A stretch of DNA of 55,525 bases from an uncultured Rhodospirillaceae bacterium (GTDB taxonomy: Bacteria; Pseudomonadota; Alphaproteobacteria; UBA2966). Shown here one piece after another: positions 48,019-55,525 of the stretch. Both the position numbers and the translations under genes were made by a program. The DNA lies in NCBI GenBank assembly GCA_964401845.1, contig CAYOAD010000003.1, positions 1 to 55,525 of the forward strand. The letters are read 5' to 3'. Each line of letters opens with the position of its first letter. The first letter of the stretch is position 1. The notes below the pieces were generated by a model. The model was not told the origin of the DNA and did no database searches. It worked only from the letters and a program-made list of their open reading frames with translations.

Positions 48019-49572
48019 TTAATGGCTGGTGCCGGCGGCGTAGCGGGTCTTGTTCCAGACGTTGTACTTGCCGCTCGGTTTTTTCATGGGCAGGCGCTTG
48101 ACCTCCTCAAGGGTCTTGGCGTCGTAAATCACGATTGCGCCGTCGTTCTCCCAGATGCTGATGAGGGCGTGGCTGCCGTCGCGGTCGAACTCGACGTGGG
48201 CGTTGGTCAGGCCGGGCGCGGGGTTGACCGTCTTGACAATCTTCAGCGTGCGTTTGTCGATGACGTGCAGCACATCGCGGTTGTCGCCGAAGAAGACGTC
48301 GACCCAGGCGTAGGGCGAACTTTCGTGGCTGCGCATGAAGAACCCGGGCCCCAGGGTCTCGATGATTTTGATGGTCTGCCACGATTGCATGTCGATGACG
48401 CTGACCAGCCCACCCCTGAGATGCGGCGTCGCCATGACGTCGCGGCCCTCATATTGCCAGGTGATGCCGGAGCCCAGATGCGGCATGCCGGCCAGCTCGA
48501 TGTCGGCAATCTTGCGGCCGACGTTGAGGTTGACGACCTGGCCGTTCTTGGCGTTGCGGGCGGCGCCGATCAGGTTGCGGTAATCCAGGTCGAAAAAGAA
48601 ATCGTCGAGGTAATCGTCGAGCATGATGCGCCGCACCGGAAACGGTCCGGGCATGGGGATGGCCTCCTCCATGCCCTCCTCGTGGTTGTGCACCAGGCCG
48701 GGGTAAACCTTGATGGCGGGATCGTAGGGGATTTCCCAGATCTCCGGGATGTCTTTCAGCGCCGCCACGAAGCTGTTGCGCGGCGGCGCGGTATAAACGG
48801 CGCTGACCCGCGAGGACCTGCCCTTGGTGTCCTTGACGTCGATCACTTTGATCGGCGAGAGATCCTTGGCCGACAGGGCGACCAGGGTATGCGGCAGGTT
48901 GTTAGCCACCATCAGGAACTTGCCGTCCGACGAGACCGCGACGTTGCGCGTGTTGATGCCGGCGCGGATTTCGGCCACCGGCTGCAGGCCCCAAAGATCG
49001 TACATCGAGACCCAACCGTCGCGGGAAGCGAGGTAGACGAAGCGGCCGTCCGGGGAATACTTGGCGCCGCCATGGACCGCGAAGCGCGTCTTCATGCGGG
49101 CCAGCGGCTCGAAGCGGTCCCCGTCGAGGATGGTGATGTAGTGATCGAAGGTTTCCACCACCGTGAAAAGGTTGAGGGGATCGGCTTGGTGTTGAGGCGC
49201 CGCCGGCAGGTCCGCCAGTCGCGTCATGAATTTGCGTGATTTTGAAATCTCCGCCATGCCCCAGTCGGGAATGTGCGCAAGCGGCGTATAGATCAACGTC
49301 ACCAGAGCGTCGATATCGGCTTTCAAGAGCTGTTGCCCGAAGGCCGGCATCTGGCTGGCTGGACGGCCGCGGGCGATGACGCCGGCCGCCTTGGACTTGC
49401 GCAGGCGTCTCAGGTTTTCCGGCAACAGCGCCGGGCCCTGGCCGCCGAGCCGGTCGGCGCCGTGGCACCAGGCGCAAAAGTTGTCGTAGTTCTGTTCGGG
49501 CGTCTGGCCCAGCGCCGACGTGGCCGCCAGCGCCCAAACCAATGCGCTCGCCACCAAACCGAATAAGCGCAT
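48019..49572 (-). CDS. nirN: NirN, cytochrome cd1-like protein (dihydro-heme d1 dehydrogenase)
   Basis: Signal peptide, heme c motif CAWCH, and a cd1 beta-propeller-like C-terminal part. Last gene of the nir cluster. ATG at 49572. Confidence 0.85.
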   Translation of the reverse strand: MRLFGLVASALVWALAATSALGQTPEQNYDNFCAWCHGADRLGGQGPALLPENLRRLRKSKAAGVIARGRPASQMPAFGQQLLKADIDALVTLIYTPLAHIPDWGMAEISKSRKFMTRLADLPAAPQHQADPLNLFTVVETFDHYITILDGDRFEPLARMKTRFAVHGGAKYSPDGRFVYLASRDGWVSMYDLWGLQPVAEIRAGINTRNVAVSSDGKFLMVANNLPHTLVALSAKDLSPIKVIDVKDTKGRSSRVSAVYTAPPRNSFVAALKDIPEIWEIPYDPAIKVYPGLVHNHEEGMEEAIPMPGPFPVRRIMLDDYLDDFFFDLDYRNLIGAARNAKNGQVVNLNVGRKIADIELAGMPHLGSGITWQYEGRDVMATPHLRGGLVSVIDMQSWQTIKIIETLGPGFFMRSHESSPYAWVDVFFGDNRDVLHVIDKRTLKIVKTVNPAPGLTNAHVEFDRDGSHALISIWENDGAIVIYDAKTLEEVKRLPMKKPSGKYNVWNKTRYAAGTSH

Positions 49573-49573
49573 G

Positions 49574-50791
49574 TCAGGCGGTCCTTCGTTGTCCTCGCGT
49601 CGCGGAGAAGGGTACGACTTTGAGGCGGTCGCCGCCACCCGAGACGCCGATCTCCTCATCGGTGAGATAGCAGCCGGGATCCTCGGCCCAGGCGTCGCCG
49701 GTCAGCTGGTAGGCCCGCACGCGGGTATTGCCGCCACAGATGCTGAAATGGGCGCAGCCGGCGCAATGGCCCTTGACCTTGCGGGGTGATTGTTTGAGCC
49801 CCGCCATCAGCGGATCGGAGATGTCCGGCCAGATCTCGGAGAACGCCCGTTCGCGCACGTTGCCCAGGGTGTGATGCCACCACATTGTGTCGGGATGGAC
49901 GTTGCCCAGATTGTCAATGTTGGCGATGTTGACGCCCGAGGAATTACCGCCCCAGCGCTCCAGCATCGGGCGAATATCATCAAGGCGCTCGGGCATGTTG
50001 CGCTCCACCCACATCAGGAAGTAGATCGCGTCGGCGTCATTGTTGCCGGTGACGTAGTCGCGCTCACCCCCGGCCTCGGCATCTTTCCAGGCCCGATCGA
50101 ACAGCATGTCGAGCGCCTCGCGCGTGGCCTGAAAGACGGCGTCGGAGCCCCGGTTGTGATTGCCGCGGCCGGCGTAGTTGAGGTGGGACAGATAGAAACG
50201 GTCGATGCCATCGGCCTCCATCTTGTCCATCATTTCGGGCAGTTCGTGGGCGTTGTCCTGCGTCATGGTAAAGCGCAGGCCGACGCGGAGGTCGCGTTCC
50301 TGACACAGCGCGATGCCGCGCATGGACTGGTCGTAGGCGCCGGCCTTGCGCCGGAAGGTGTCGTGGGTGGCCTGCAGGCCGTCGATGGAGACACCGACGT
50401 AGTCGTAGCCGATCTCGGCGATGGCGTCGATGTTATCGCTATCGATCAGGGTGCCGTTGGTCGACAACCCGACGTAGAAGCCCTTGGCCTTGGCCCGGTG
50501 GGAAATGTCGAAGATATCGGGGCGCAACAAGGGCTCGCCGCCCGAGAGGATCAGCACGGGCACGCGGAAATCACGCAGATCGTCCATCACCCCGAAGATC
50601 TCTTCGGTCGACAATTCGCCCGTGAAGTCCTTGTCGGCGGAAATCGAATAGCAGTGCTTGCAGGTCAGGTTGCAGCGCCGGATCAGGTTCCAGATGACGA
50701 CGGGGCCGGGGGGCGATCCGCCGCCGCTGCCGCGCCGCGTTTCGGGCGCGTGGCCGGCCAGGGTTCGCATGTATTGGGAAACGCGGAACAT
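49574..50791 (-). CDS. nirJ: NirJ, radical SAM heme d1 biosynthesis protein
   Basis: CNLTCKHC (CxxxCxxC) radical SAM cluster motif and a C-terminal Cys-rich SPASM-like region. Position between nirH and nirN. Confidence 0.88.
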   Translation of the reverse strand: MFRVSQYMRTLAGHAPETRRGSGGGSPPGPVVIWNLIRRCNLTCKHCYSISADKDFTGELSTEEIFGVMDDLRDFRVPVLILSGGEPLLRPDIFDISHRAKAKGFYVGLSTNGTLIDSDNIDAIAEIGYDYVGVSIDGLQATHDTFRRKAGAYDQSMRGIALCQERDLRVGLRFTMTQDNAHELPEMMDKMEADGIDRFYLSHLNYAGRGNHNRGSDAVFQATREALDMLFDRAWKDAEAGGERDYVTGNNDADAIYFLMWVERNMPERLDDIRPMLERWGGNSSGVNIANIDNLGNVHPDTMWWHHTLGNVRERAFSEIWPDISDPLMAGLKQSPRKVKGHCAGCAHFSICGGNTRVRAYQLTGDAWAEDPGCYLTDEEIGVSGGGDRLKVVPFSATRGQRRTA

Positions 50792-50794
50792 GGG

Positions 50795-51325
50795 CTACCT
50801 CCGATCACCGGATTTGGGCGCGCCCAGGCGAAAGCCGGTCTTCTTCAAAATTGCCGTGCTGAACAGCACCTTGTGGCCCCGGTCGCGCGCACCCAGCAGG
50901 TCCGCGATCCGGGCAACCTGATCATGGACCGCCGCGCGATCGCGGCCATGCACCATGGCGAACAGGTTGTAGGGCCAGTCCGGCAAATGGCGCGGCCGGC
51001 GGTAACAGTGGCTGACGAAATCGAGGGCGCCGATTTCCCGTCCCGCCGCATCGGCCTCGTCGTCCGAGACGTTCCAGACGCTCATGCCGTTACCGCGGTA
51101 ACCTAGCTTGTAGTGATTGGGCACGGTGGCGATGCGGCGGATGATGCCGGCGTCAAGCATCGCCTGCAGGCGCGCCATGACTTCCGGCCCCGTCAGTCCC
51201 AGTTGGTCGGCGATGTCGTGGTAGGGCCGGGGCGTCAGCGGCAGGCCCTGCTGCGTCGCCGCGACGATCAGGCGGTCGACGGCGTCCAGGCCCGTTTCGG
51301 TGTCGAATTCGCCGGCGCTGCTCAT
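50795..51325 (-). CDS. nirH: NirH, Lrp/AsnC-like siroheme decarboxylase subunit
   Basis: 176 aa. Has the conserved PRPY/PNHYKLGY/WPYNLFAMVHG pattern shared with the two upstream genes, and the expected position. Confidence 0.8.
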   Translation of the reverse strand: MSSAGEFDTETGLDAVDRLIVAATQQGLPLTPRPYHDIADQLGLTGPEVMARLQAMLDAGIIRRIATVPNHYKLGYRGNGMSVWNVSDDEADAAGREIGALDFVSHCYRRPRHLPDWPYNLFAMVHGRDRAAVHDQVARIADLLGARDRGHKVLFSTAILKKTGFRLGAPKSGDRR

Positions 51326-51328
51326 GGC

Positions 51329-51808
51329 CTAAACCTCGAAGTGCAGGCCGACGAAGTATTCGTCGGTCCTCGGCATGTCGTGGACGGCGAGGCCGGTTTC
51401 GGTTTCGATTTCGCCGATCGCCTCGGCGATGCGGCCGGGTGTGTCGGTGGCGACGACGAACCACATGTTGAATTCGTCATCACGGGCGTAGTTGTGGGCG
51501 ATCTCGTCGTGGGCGTTGACCTGTTCGGCGACCGCGTCGAAGCGTTCTTGCGGCACCTTCATGGCGGCCAGCGTGAGTTCACCGCCCAGGCGCTCGGCGT
51601 GGTACATCGGACCGAAGCGGCTCAAAATCCCGTCATCGAGCAGCCTTTGCAAACGTTCGATCAACTCACCTTCGGTTAGGCCGAATTGTGCGGCGGCCTC
51701 GGCGTAGGGGTTCTCCGCGACGGGGAACCCGCGTTGCAGTGTGTTGATGATCGCCCGGTCGGTGTCGTCCAGGCTGGCCAGAAGCGGTGCGTCGTCGGGC
51801 TTGGTCAT
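51329..51808 (-). CDS. nirG: NirG, Lrp/AsnC-like siroheme decarboxylase subunit
   Basis: 159 aa of the same family (INTLQRGFPVAENPY...). ATGA overlap with nirDL. Confidence 0.8.
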   Translation of the reverse strand: MTKPDDAPLLASLDDTDRAIINTLQRGFPVAENPYAEAAAQFGLTEGELIERLQRLLDDGILSRFGPMYHAERLGGELTLAAMKVPQERFDAVAEQVNAHDEIAHNYARDDEFNMWFVVATDTPGRIAEAIGEIETETGLAVHDMPRTDEYFVGLHFEV

Positions 51809-52797
51809 TCCGCGGCCTCCCCCCGGCCTGTCCGGCCGAGGTAGTGCGCGCCGCGCTGCTTGAAACGCCGCGTGCTGAACAAGACATCCTGCGGCACGTC
51901 CTCAAGGCCGCAGTGCTTGGCGGCTTCGGCCACCTGGGCTTTGACAATGTCCCGGTCGCGACCATGAACCATGGCGTAAAGATTGTAGGGCCAGTTGGGG
52001 TCGGGCCGGCGTTGATAGCAGAGACGAACGTATGCCAGTTCGCCCAGGCGCATCCCGACGTCGTCCACCCGGTCCTCCGCGACCTGCCAGACCGTCATGG
52101 CATTGGCCTGAAAACCCAGCTCGTGGTGGCGCACGATGACGCCGAAGCGCCGGATGGTGCAGGCCTGTTGCAGGGCACGCAGGCGGAAAATGACCGCCTC
52201 GCCCGTAAGACCGCAGGCTGCGCCGATTTCGTCATAGGGGTGCGTCACCAGGGGTAGGCCGCCTTCGAGCACGCCCAGAAGATCCTTGTCCCGCGCATCC
52301 GGCAGCGGCGGCTGGGCCGCCGGCATGCAGGGTGAGATGTCTTCGTCCCGGCCGTCGATGTCGAAGCCGAGATCGATGAAATAGTCCCGCACCATGGGCA
52401 GGTCGAGTACCGCCAATCCGGTTCGCCCCTCGATATCGGCGAGCACGCGGGCGACACCGGCCTTGCTGGCGGCGGTCACAACGAACCAGAGATTATAATC
52501 GTGCTCCCGTTCGTAGTTGTGATTGACCTCGTCGTAGGCGCTGACCAGAGCCGCCACGGCTTCGAGCTGATCCGCCGGCACGCGCAACGCAGCGAGCGTC
52601 GCGGCGCCGATGGCGCCGGGCCGCAGGGTGGCGCCGATGCGGCTGACGGATCCCGCTTCCTTGAGCTCCCTGAAGCCCGACATGACCTCGGCCTCGGTCA
52701 CGTCAAGCTCGTGGGCGATGACGGCGTAGGGTTGCGCCACCAGCGGGAAATCCCGTTGGTAGTCGTTCAAGAGCTGGTGAGCGATGTCCCGTGCCAT
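51805..52797 (-). CDS. nirDL: NirD-NirL fusion, siroheme decarboxylase
   Basis: 330 aa with two tandem Lrp/AsnC-like modules, as in the Paracoccus-type fused NirDL. Confidence 0.8.
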   Translation of the reverse strand: MARDIAHQLLNDYQRDFPLVAQPYAVIAHELDVTEAEVMSGFRELKEAGSVSRIGATLRPGAIGAATLAALRVPADQLEAVAALVSAYDEVNHNYEREHDYNLWFVVTAASKAGVARVLADIEGRTGLAVLDLPMVRDYFIDLGFDIDGRDEDISPCMPAAQPPLPDARDKDLLGVLEGGLPLVTHPYDEIGAACGLTGEAVIFRLRALQQACTIRRFGVIVRHHELGFQANAMTVWQVAEDRVDDVGMRLGELAYVRLCYQRRPDPNWPYNLYAMVHGRDRDIVKAQVAEAAKHCGLEDVPQDVLFSTRRFKQRGAHYLGRTGRGEAAE

Positions 52798-52807
52798 GCC
52801 GCGTCCC

Positions 52808-53977
52808 CTACAGGCCGATCCGGTGGGCGCGGCTGGTGAAGAAGATACCGCTGGGCTTGGCCGCCTTGAGGCTGGCGCGCTGCTCGAAGGTCTTGGTGTC
52901 GTAGACGACGACCTCGCCGGCGTCGCGCACCGAGAGCCAGACCTCCTCGCCGCGCGGCGTGAATTCCATGTGCAGGACGGCGGGGCCGGGCTTGAGCGTC
53001 TTGACGATGCGGCGGCTGGCCACGTCGATGACCTGAATGGTGTCGTTGTCGGGGAAGGCGAAGTTGACCCAGATCTGCCGCCCGTCCGGCCGGGCCATGA
53101 CGAACACGGGCTGGCCGTGGACGGCGATGCGGCCGACCTCGTTCCACGAACCGGCTTCGGCGATCAGCACCTCGTGGAGGCCGATGGCGGGGAAGAAGGC
53201 GTGGCCGTCGGCCATCGCCCAACCTTCGAGATGCGGCATCTTGTAGACCGGCATCTTCTTGCCGCCCCGGCCGTAGCCCGAGAGGATGCGCTTGGCACCG
53301 GCTTCGACGTTCCAGAGATCGACCATCGCCAGGCCGTCCTCGCCGAACAGACCGGCGACGTACCAGCGCCCGTCCGGCGTGATCAGGCCGTCGTACGGGA
53401 GCTTGCCGATGTCGGTCATCTTGGTGATCGCCGGTTTGGCCGGATCGGTCATGTCGACCACCCAGATCTCGCCGGCATCGTAAAGTCCGAAGACGAAGCG
53501 CTGGCCCGGTGCGTCGACCAGGCCGACGGTCTTCGATTGTTCGCCGTCGGCGCCGATGGCCGGGATGTCTGCCACCATCTCGAGCGTTTCGGTGTCGAAG
53601 ATGCGCACACCGCCGGGCTTGTAGTTTGAGACCGCCACCAGCTTGCCGTCCTGGGAGATGGCGCCGCCGATGGAGTTGCCGGCCTGGATGGTGCGGCCCG
53701 TGATGCGGCGCTCCAACAGGTCCACCTTGGTCAAGCCGCCGTCGCGCCCGAAGATGAAGGCGTAGCGGGCGTCGCGCGAATAGACCGCCGAGGCATGGGA
53801 AAGATCGCCGAGGCCCGAGACGGTGGCGAGGCTGGTGCGCGCCGAATTGTCGACGATCTGGACGTTGCCGTCGGCGCGTTCGATGACGATGCCGAGGTCG
53901 CCGGTGCCGCGCACTTCCGTGCAGGCGGCGGCCAACAGGGCGCAAAGCGACACGAGGATGAGGCGCGGACCCGTCAC
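52808..53977 (-). CDS. nirF: NirF, cd1-like beta-propeller heme d1 biosynthesis protein, predicted lipoprotein
   Basis: GTG (53977..53975) overlaps the nirC TGA as GTGA. N-terminus VTGPRLILVSLCALLAAAC has a lipobox. There is no heme c motif. The listed start at 54181 lies inside nirC. Confidence 0.8.
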   Translation of the reverse strand: MTGPRLILVSLCALLAAACTEVRGTGDLGIVIERADGNVQIVDNSARTSLATVSGLGDLSHASAVYSRDARYAFIFGRDGGLTKVDLLERRITGRTIQAGNSIGGAISQDGKLVAVSNYKPGGVRIFDTETLEMVADIPAIGADGEQSKTVGLVDAPGQRFVFGLYDAGEIWVVDMTDPAKPAITKMTDIGKLPYDGLITPDGRWYVAGLFGEDGLAMVDLWNVEAGAKRILSGYGRGGKKMPVYKMPHLEGWAMADGHAFFPAIGLHEVLIAEAGSWNEVGRIAVHGQPVFVMARPDGRQIWVNFAFPDNDTIQVIDVASRRIVKTLKPGPAVLHMEFTPRGEEVWLSVRDAGEVVVYDTKTFEQRASLKAAKPSGIFFTSRAHRIGL

Positions 53978-54306
53978 TGTTTCAGTCCTTTGCGTAATCT
54001 GGCGACCAGCCAGGCCGCCTCCTCGTGCGTGAGGAACGGCCGCCACGGCGGCATCGGCGTGCCGGGCACGCCGTCCAGAATGATCTCGATCAAGGCGTCG
54101 TCCGTAAAATGTTCGAGGGCTTCGGGCATCAGCGGCGAACCCAGTCCGCCGCGGCGCGTCAGACCATGGCACGAGCCGCAATCCTGTTCCAGCAGGACGC
54201 CGAGCTCCGCCCGGCGCGGCGGAGTCATTTCGGCTGCCGCCGCTTGAGATACCCCCCCGAGTATCAGCAATGCGAGGAGGGCGCTATTGAGCCGCGACCA
54301 AGACAT
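53974..54306 (-). CDS. nirC: NirC, small periplasmic c-type cytochrome (c55X type)
   Basis: Signal peptide MSWSRLNSALLALLILGGVSQAAAA and heme motif CGSCH. ATG at 54306; 23-nt overlap with the nirE 3' end. Confidence 0.8.
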   Translation of the reverse strand: MSWSRLNSALLALLILGGVSQAAAAEMTPPRRAELGVLLEQDCGSCHGLTRRGGLGSPLMPEALEHFTDDALIEIILDGVPGTPMPPWRPFLTHEEAAWLVARLRKGLKQ

Positions 54307-55105
54307 TGTCCAGTTCCGCCGCGCCTGTCCCGGCGTCGGCGAACCAATCGAGGGCGCCCGCAAGCTCGACCACCCGGCCGATGACCAGCAGGCAGGGCGC
54401 GCGGAATTCCTGCGCCGTCACGTCTGCCGGAAGCTCGGCCAAGGTCGAGACCAGCCGGCGCTGATCGCTCTTCGTGCCGTTTTCGATGGCCGCAGCCGGG
54501 GTCGAGCCGGCCAGGCCGTGTTCGATGAGCTGGCGTAAGATTTCCTTGAGGTTGGCCAGGCCCATATAGACGACCAGCGTGGTGTCGGCATCGGCCAGGC
54601 TTTGCCAGTTGAGATCGAGCGGCTTGTCTTCGCGGCAATGACCGGTGACGAAGCGGACACTGCGGGCCAGGCCGCGATGGGTGAGCGGGATGCCGGCATA
54701 GGCACTGGCGCCGGTGGCGGCGCTGATGCCGGGAACGACTTCAAAAGGGATGCCGGCGGCGACGAGTTCGAGGGCCTCCTCGGAACCGCGCCCGAAGACG
54801 AAGGGATCACCGCCCTTGAGACGGATGGTGCGGCGGCCGCTGCGGCCAAGGCGCACCAGGGTCTGGTTGATCTCTTCCTGCGGCAGATGATGCGCGCCGG
54901 CGGCCTTGCCTGCATTGATGCGGCTGGCGCCGACCGGAATGAGATCGAGAATTTCGGGACCGACGAGACGGTCGTAGACCACGACCTCCGCCGATTGTAT
55001 GAGCCTGAGGGCCTTGACCGTCAGAAGCTCGGGATCGCCCGGACCGGCGCCCACGAGAAAGACGTTCGCCGCGTCTGAAGACCTGCCGGGTGCTGTTTTT
55101 TTCAT
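54284..55105 (-). CDS. nirE: NirE, uroporphyrinogen-III C-methyltransferase (SUMT)
   Basis: VFLVGAGPGDPELLTVKALRLIQSAEVVVYDRLV is a typical SUMT N-terminus. ATG at 55105 follows GGGGGGA. Confidence 0.88.
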   Translation of the reverse strand: MKKTAPGRSSDAANVFLVGAGPGDPELLTVKALRLIQSAEVVVYDRLVGPEILDLIPVGASRINAGKAAGAHHLPQEEINQTLVRLGRSGRRTIRLKGGDPFVFGRGSEEALELVAAGIPFEVVPGISAATGASAYAGIPLTHRGLARSVRFVTGHCREDKPLDLNWQSLADADTTLVVYMGLANLKEILRQLIEHGLAGSTPAAAIENGTKSDQRRLVSTLAELPADVTAQEFRAPCLLVIGRVVELAGALDWFADAGTGAAELDNVLVAAQ

Positions 55106-55152
55106 GTCATCCCCCCACGGGATAAAACATTTCACATTGACCAAAGGCCCAA

Positions 55153-55178
55153 CCGGGCGGGGCCGAAACCCCGCCCGG
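55153..55178 (-). other. GC-rich stem-loop between nirS and nirE (partial terminator or mRNA-stabilising hairpin)
   Basis: CCGGGCGGGG-CCGAAA-CCCCGCCCGG, a perfect 10-bp stem. No clean U-run on the transcribed strand. Confidence 0.6.
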
Positions 55179-55188
55179 CGGAACCCTA

Positions 55189-55525
<337 letters not shown>

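Noticed and set aside
48016-51106. Plus-strand ORFs 48016..49239 (407 aa) and 49790..51106 (438 aa) opposite nirN, nirJ and nirH
   Set aside because: Antisense frames rich in G/A/V/D/R. The minus strand encodes heme c, radical SAM and Lrp/AsnC-like motifs in the expected nir gene order.
52767-53945. 392-aa minus-strand ORF in a different frame from nirF
   Set aside because: It is extremely R/P/G-rich (RRRPRHRHRTRRRQRP...). It is an off-frame artefact overlapping the NirF beta-propeller frame.

Overview
GC-rich, densely packed bacterial chromosomal segment. The gene content, including a Paracoccus-type nirSECF(DL)GHJN order, suggests a denitrifying proteobacterium, probably an alphaproteobacterium; that taxonomic call is inference only. 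I found no rRNA or tRNA genes, CRISPR arrays, transposases or integrases. All product calls come from motif and family recognition in the supplied translations, not from database searches. Many ORF-track entries are antisense or off-frame artefacts of high GC content, and several true genes start downstream of the listed ORF start. I re-derived those starts from 4-nt ATGA/GTGA stop/start overlaps and Shine-Dalgarno spacing.

Gene blocks in order:
1. livGFHM-type ABC importer plus a divergent binding protein.
2. Two tail-to-tail aldo/keto reductases, one coupled to a small Cys-rich TIGR04076-like protein.
3. RidA, FAD oxidoreductase and hydantoinase A/B operon.
4. Crotonase plus TetR gene, preceded by a perfect 20-bp operator palindrome.
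5. Five-step histidine utilisation locus (hutU-G-I, hutF-C, hutH). It is interrupted by an aminotransferase and an AhpD-like gene, and hutH sits behind a TRAP transporter.
6. IclR-headed operon with a quinone-oxidoreductase-like gene, a family III CoA-transferase and a second urocanate hydratase paralogue.
7. 7TMR-DISM hybrid kinase, LuxR-type regulator and a small autotransporter.
8. VOC protein, CoA-transferase, ACAD-fold protein and ThDP enzyme cluster.
9. A consensus FNR-type class II promoter in front of a diguanylate cyclase, followed by a DUF427-adenylate cyclase fusion.
10. Heme d1 / cd1 nitrite reductase cluster.

The most interesting signal is in block 8. The ACAD-fold protein lacks both possible catalytic glutamates and carries Arg84. 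As I recall it, that is the signature of a 3-sulfinopropionyl-CoA-type desulfinase. It sits in an undescribed context with a translationally coupled ThDP enzyme.
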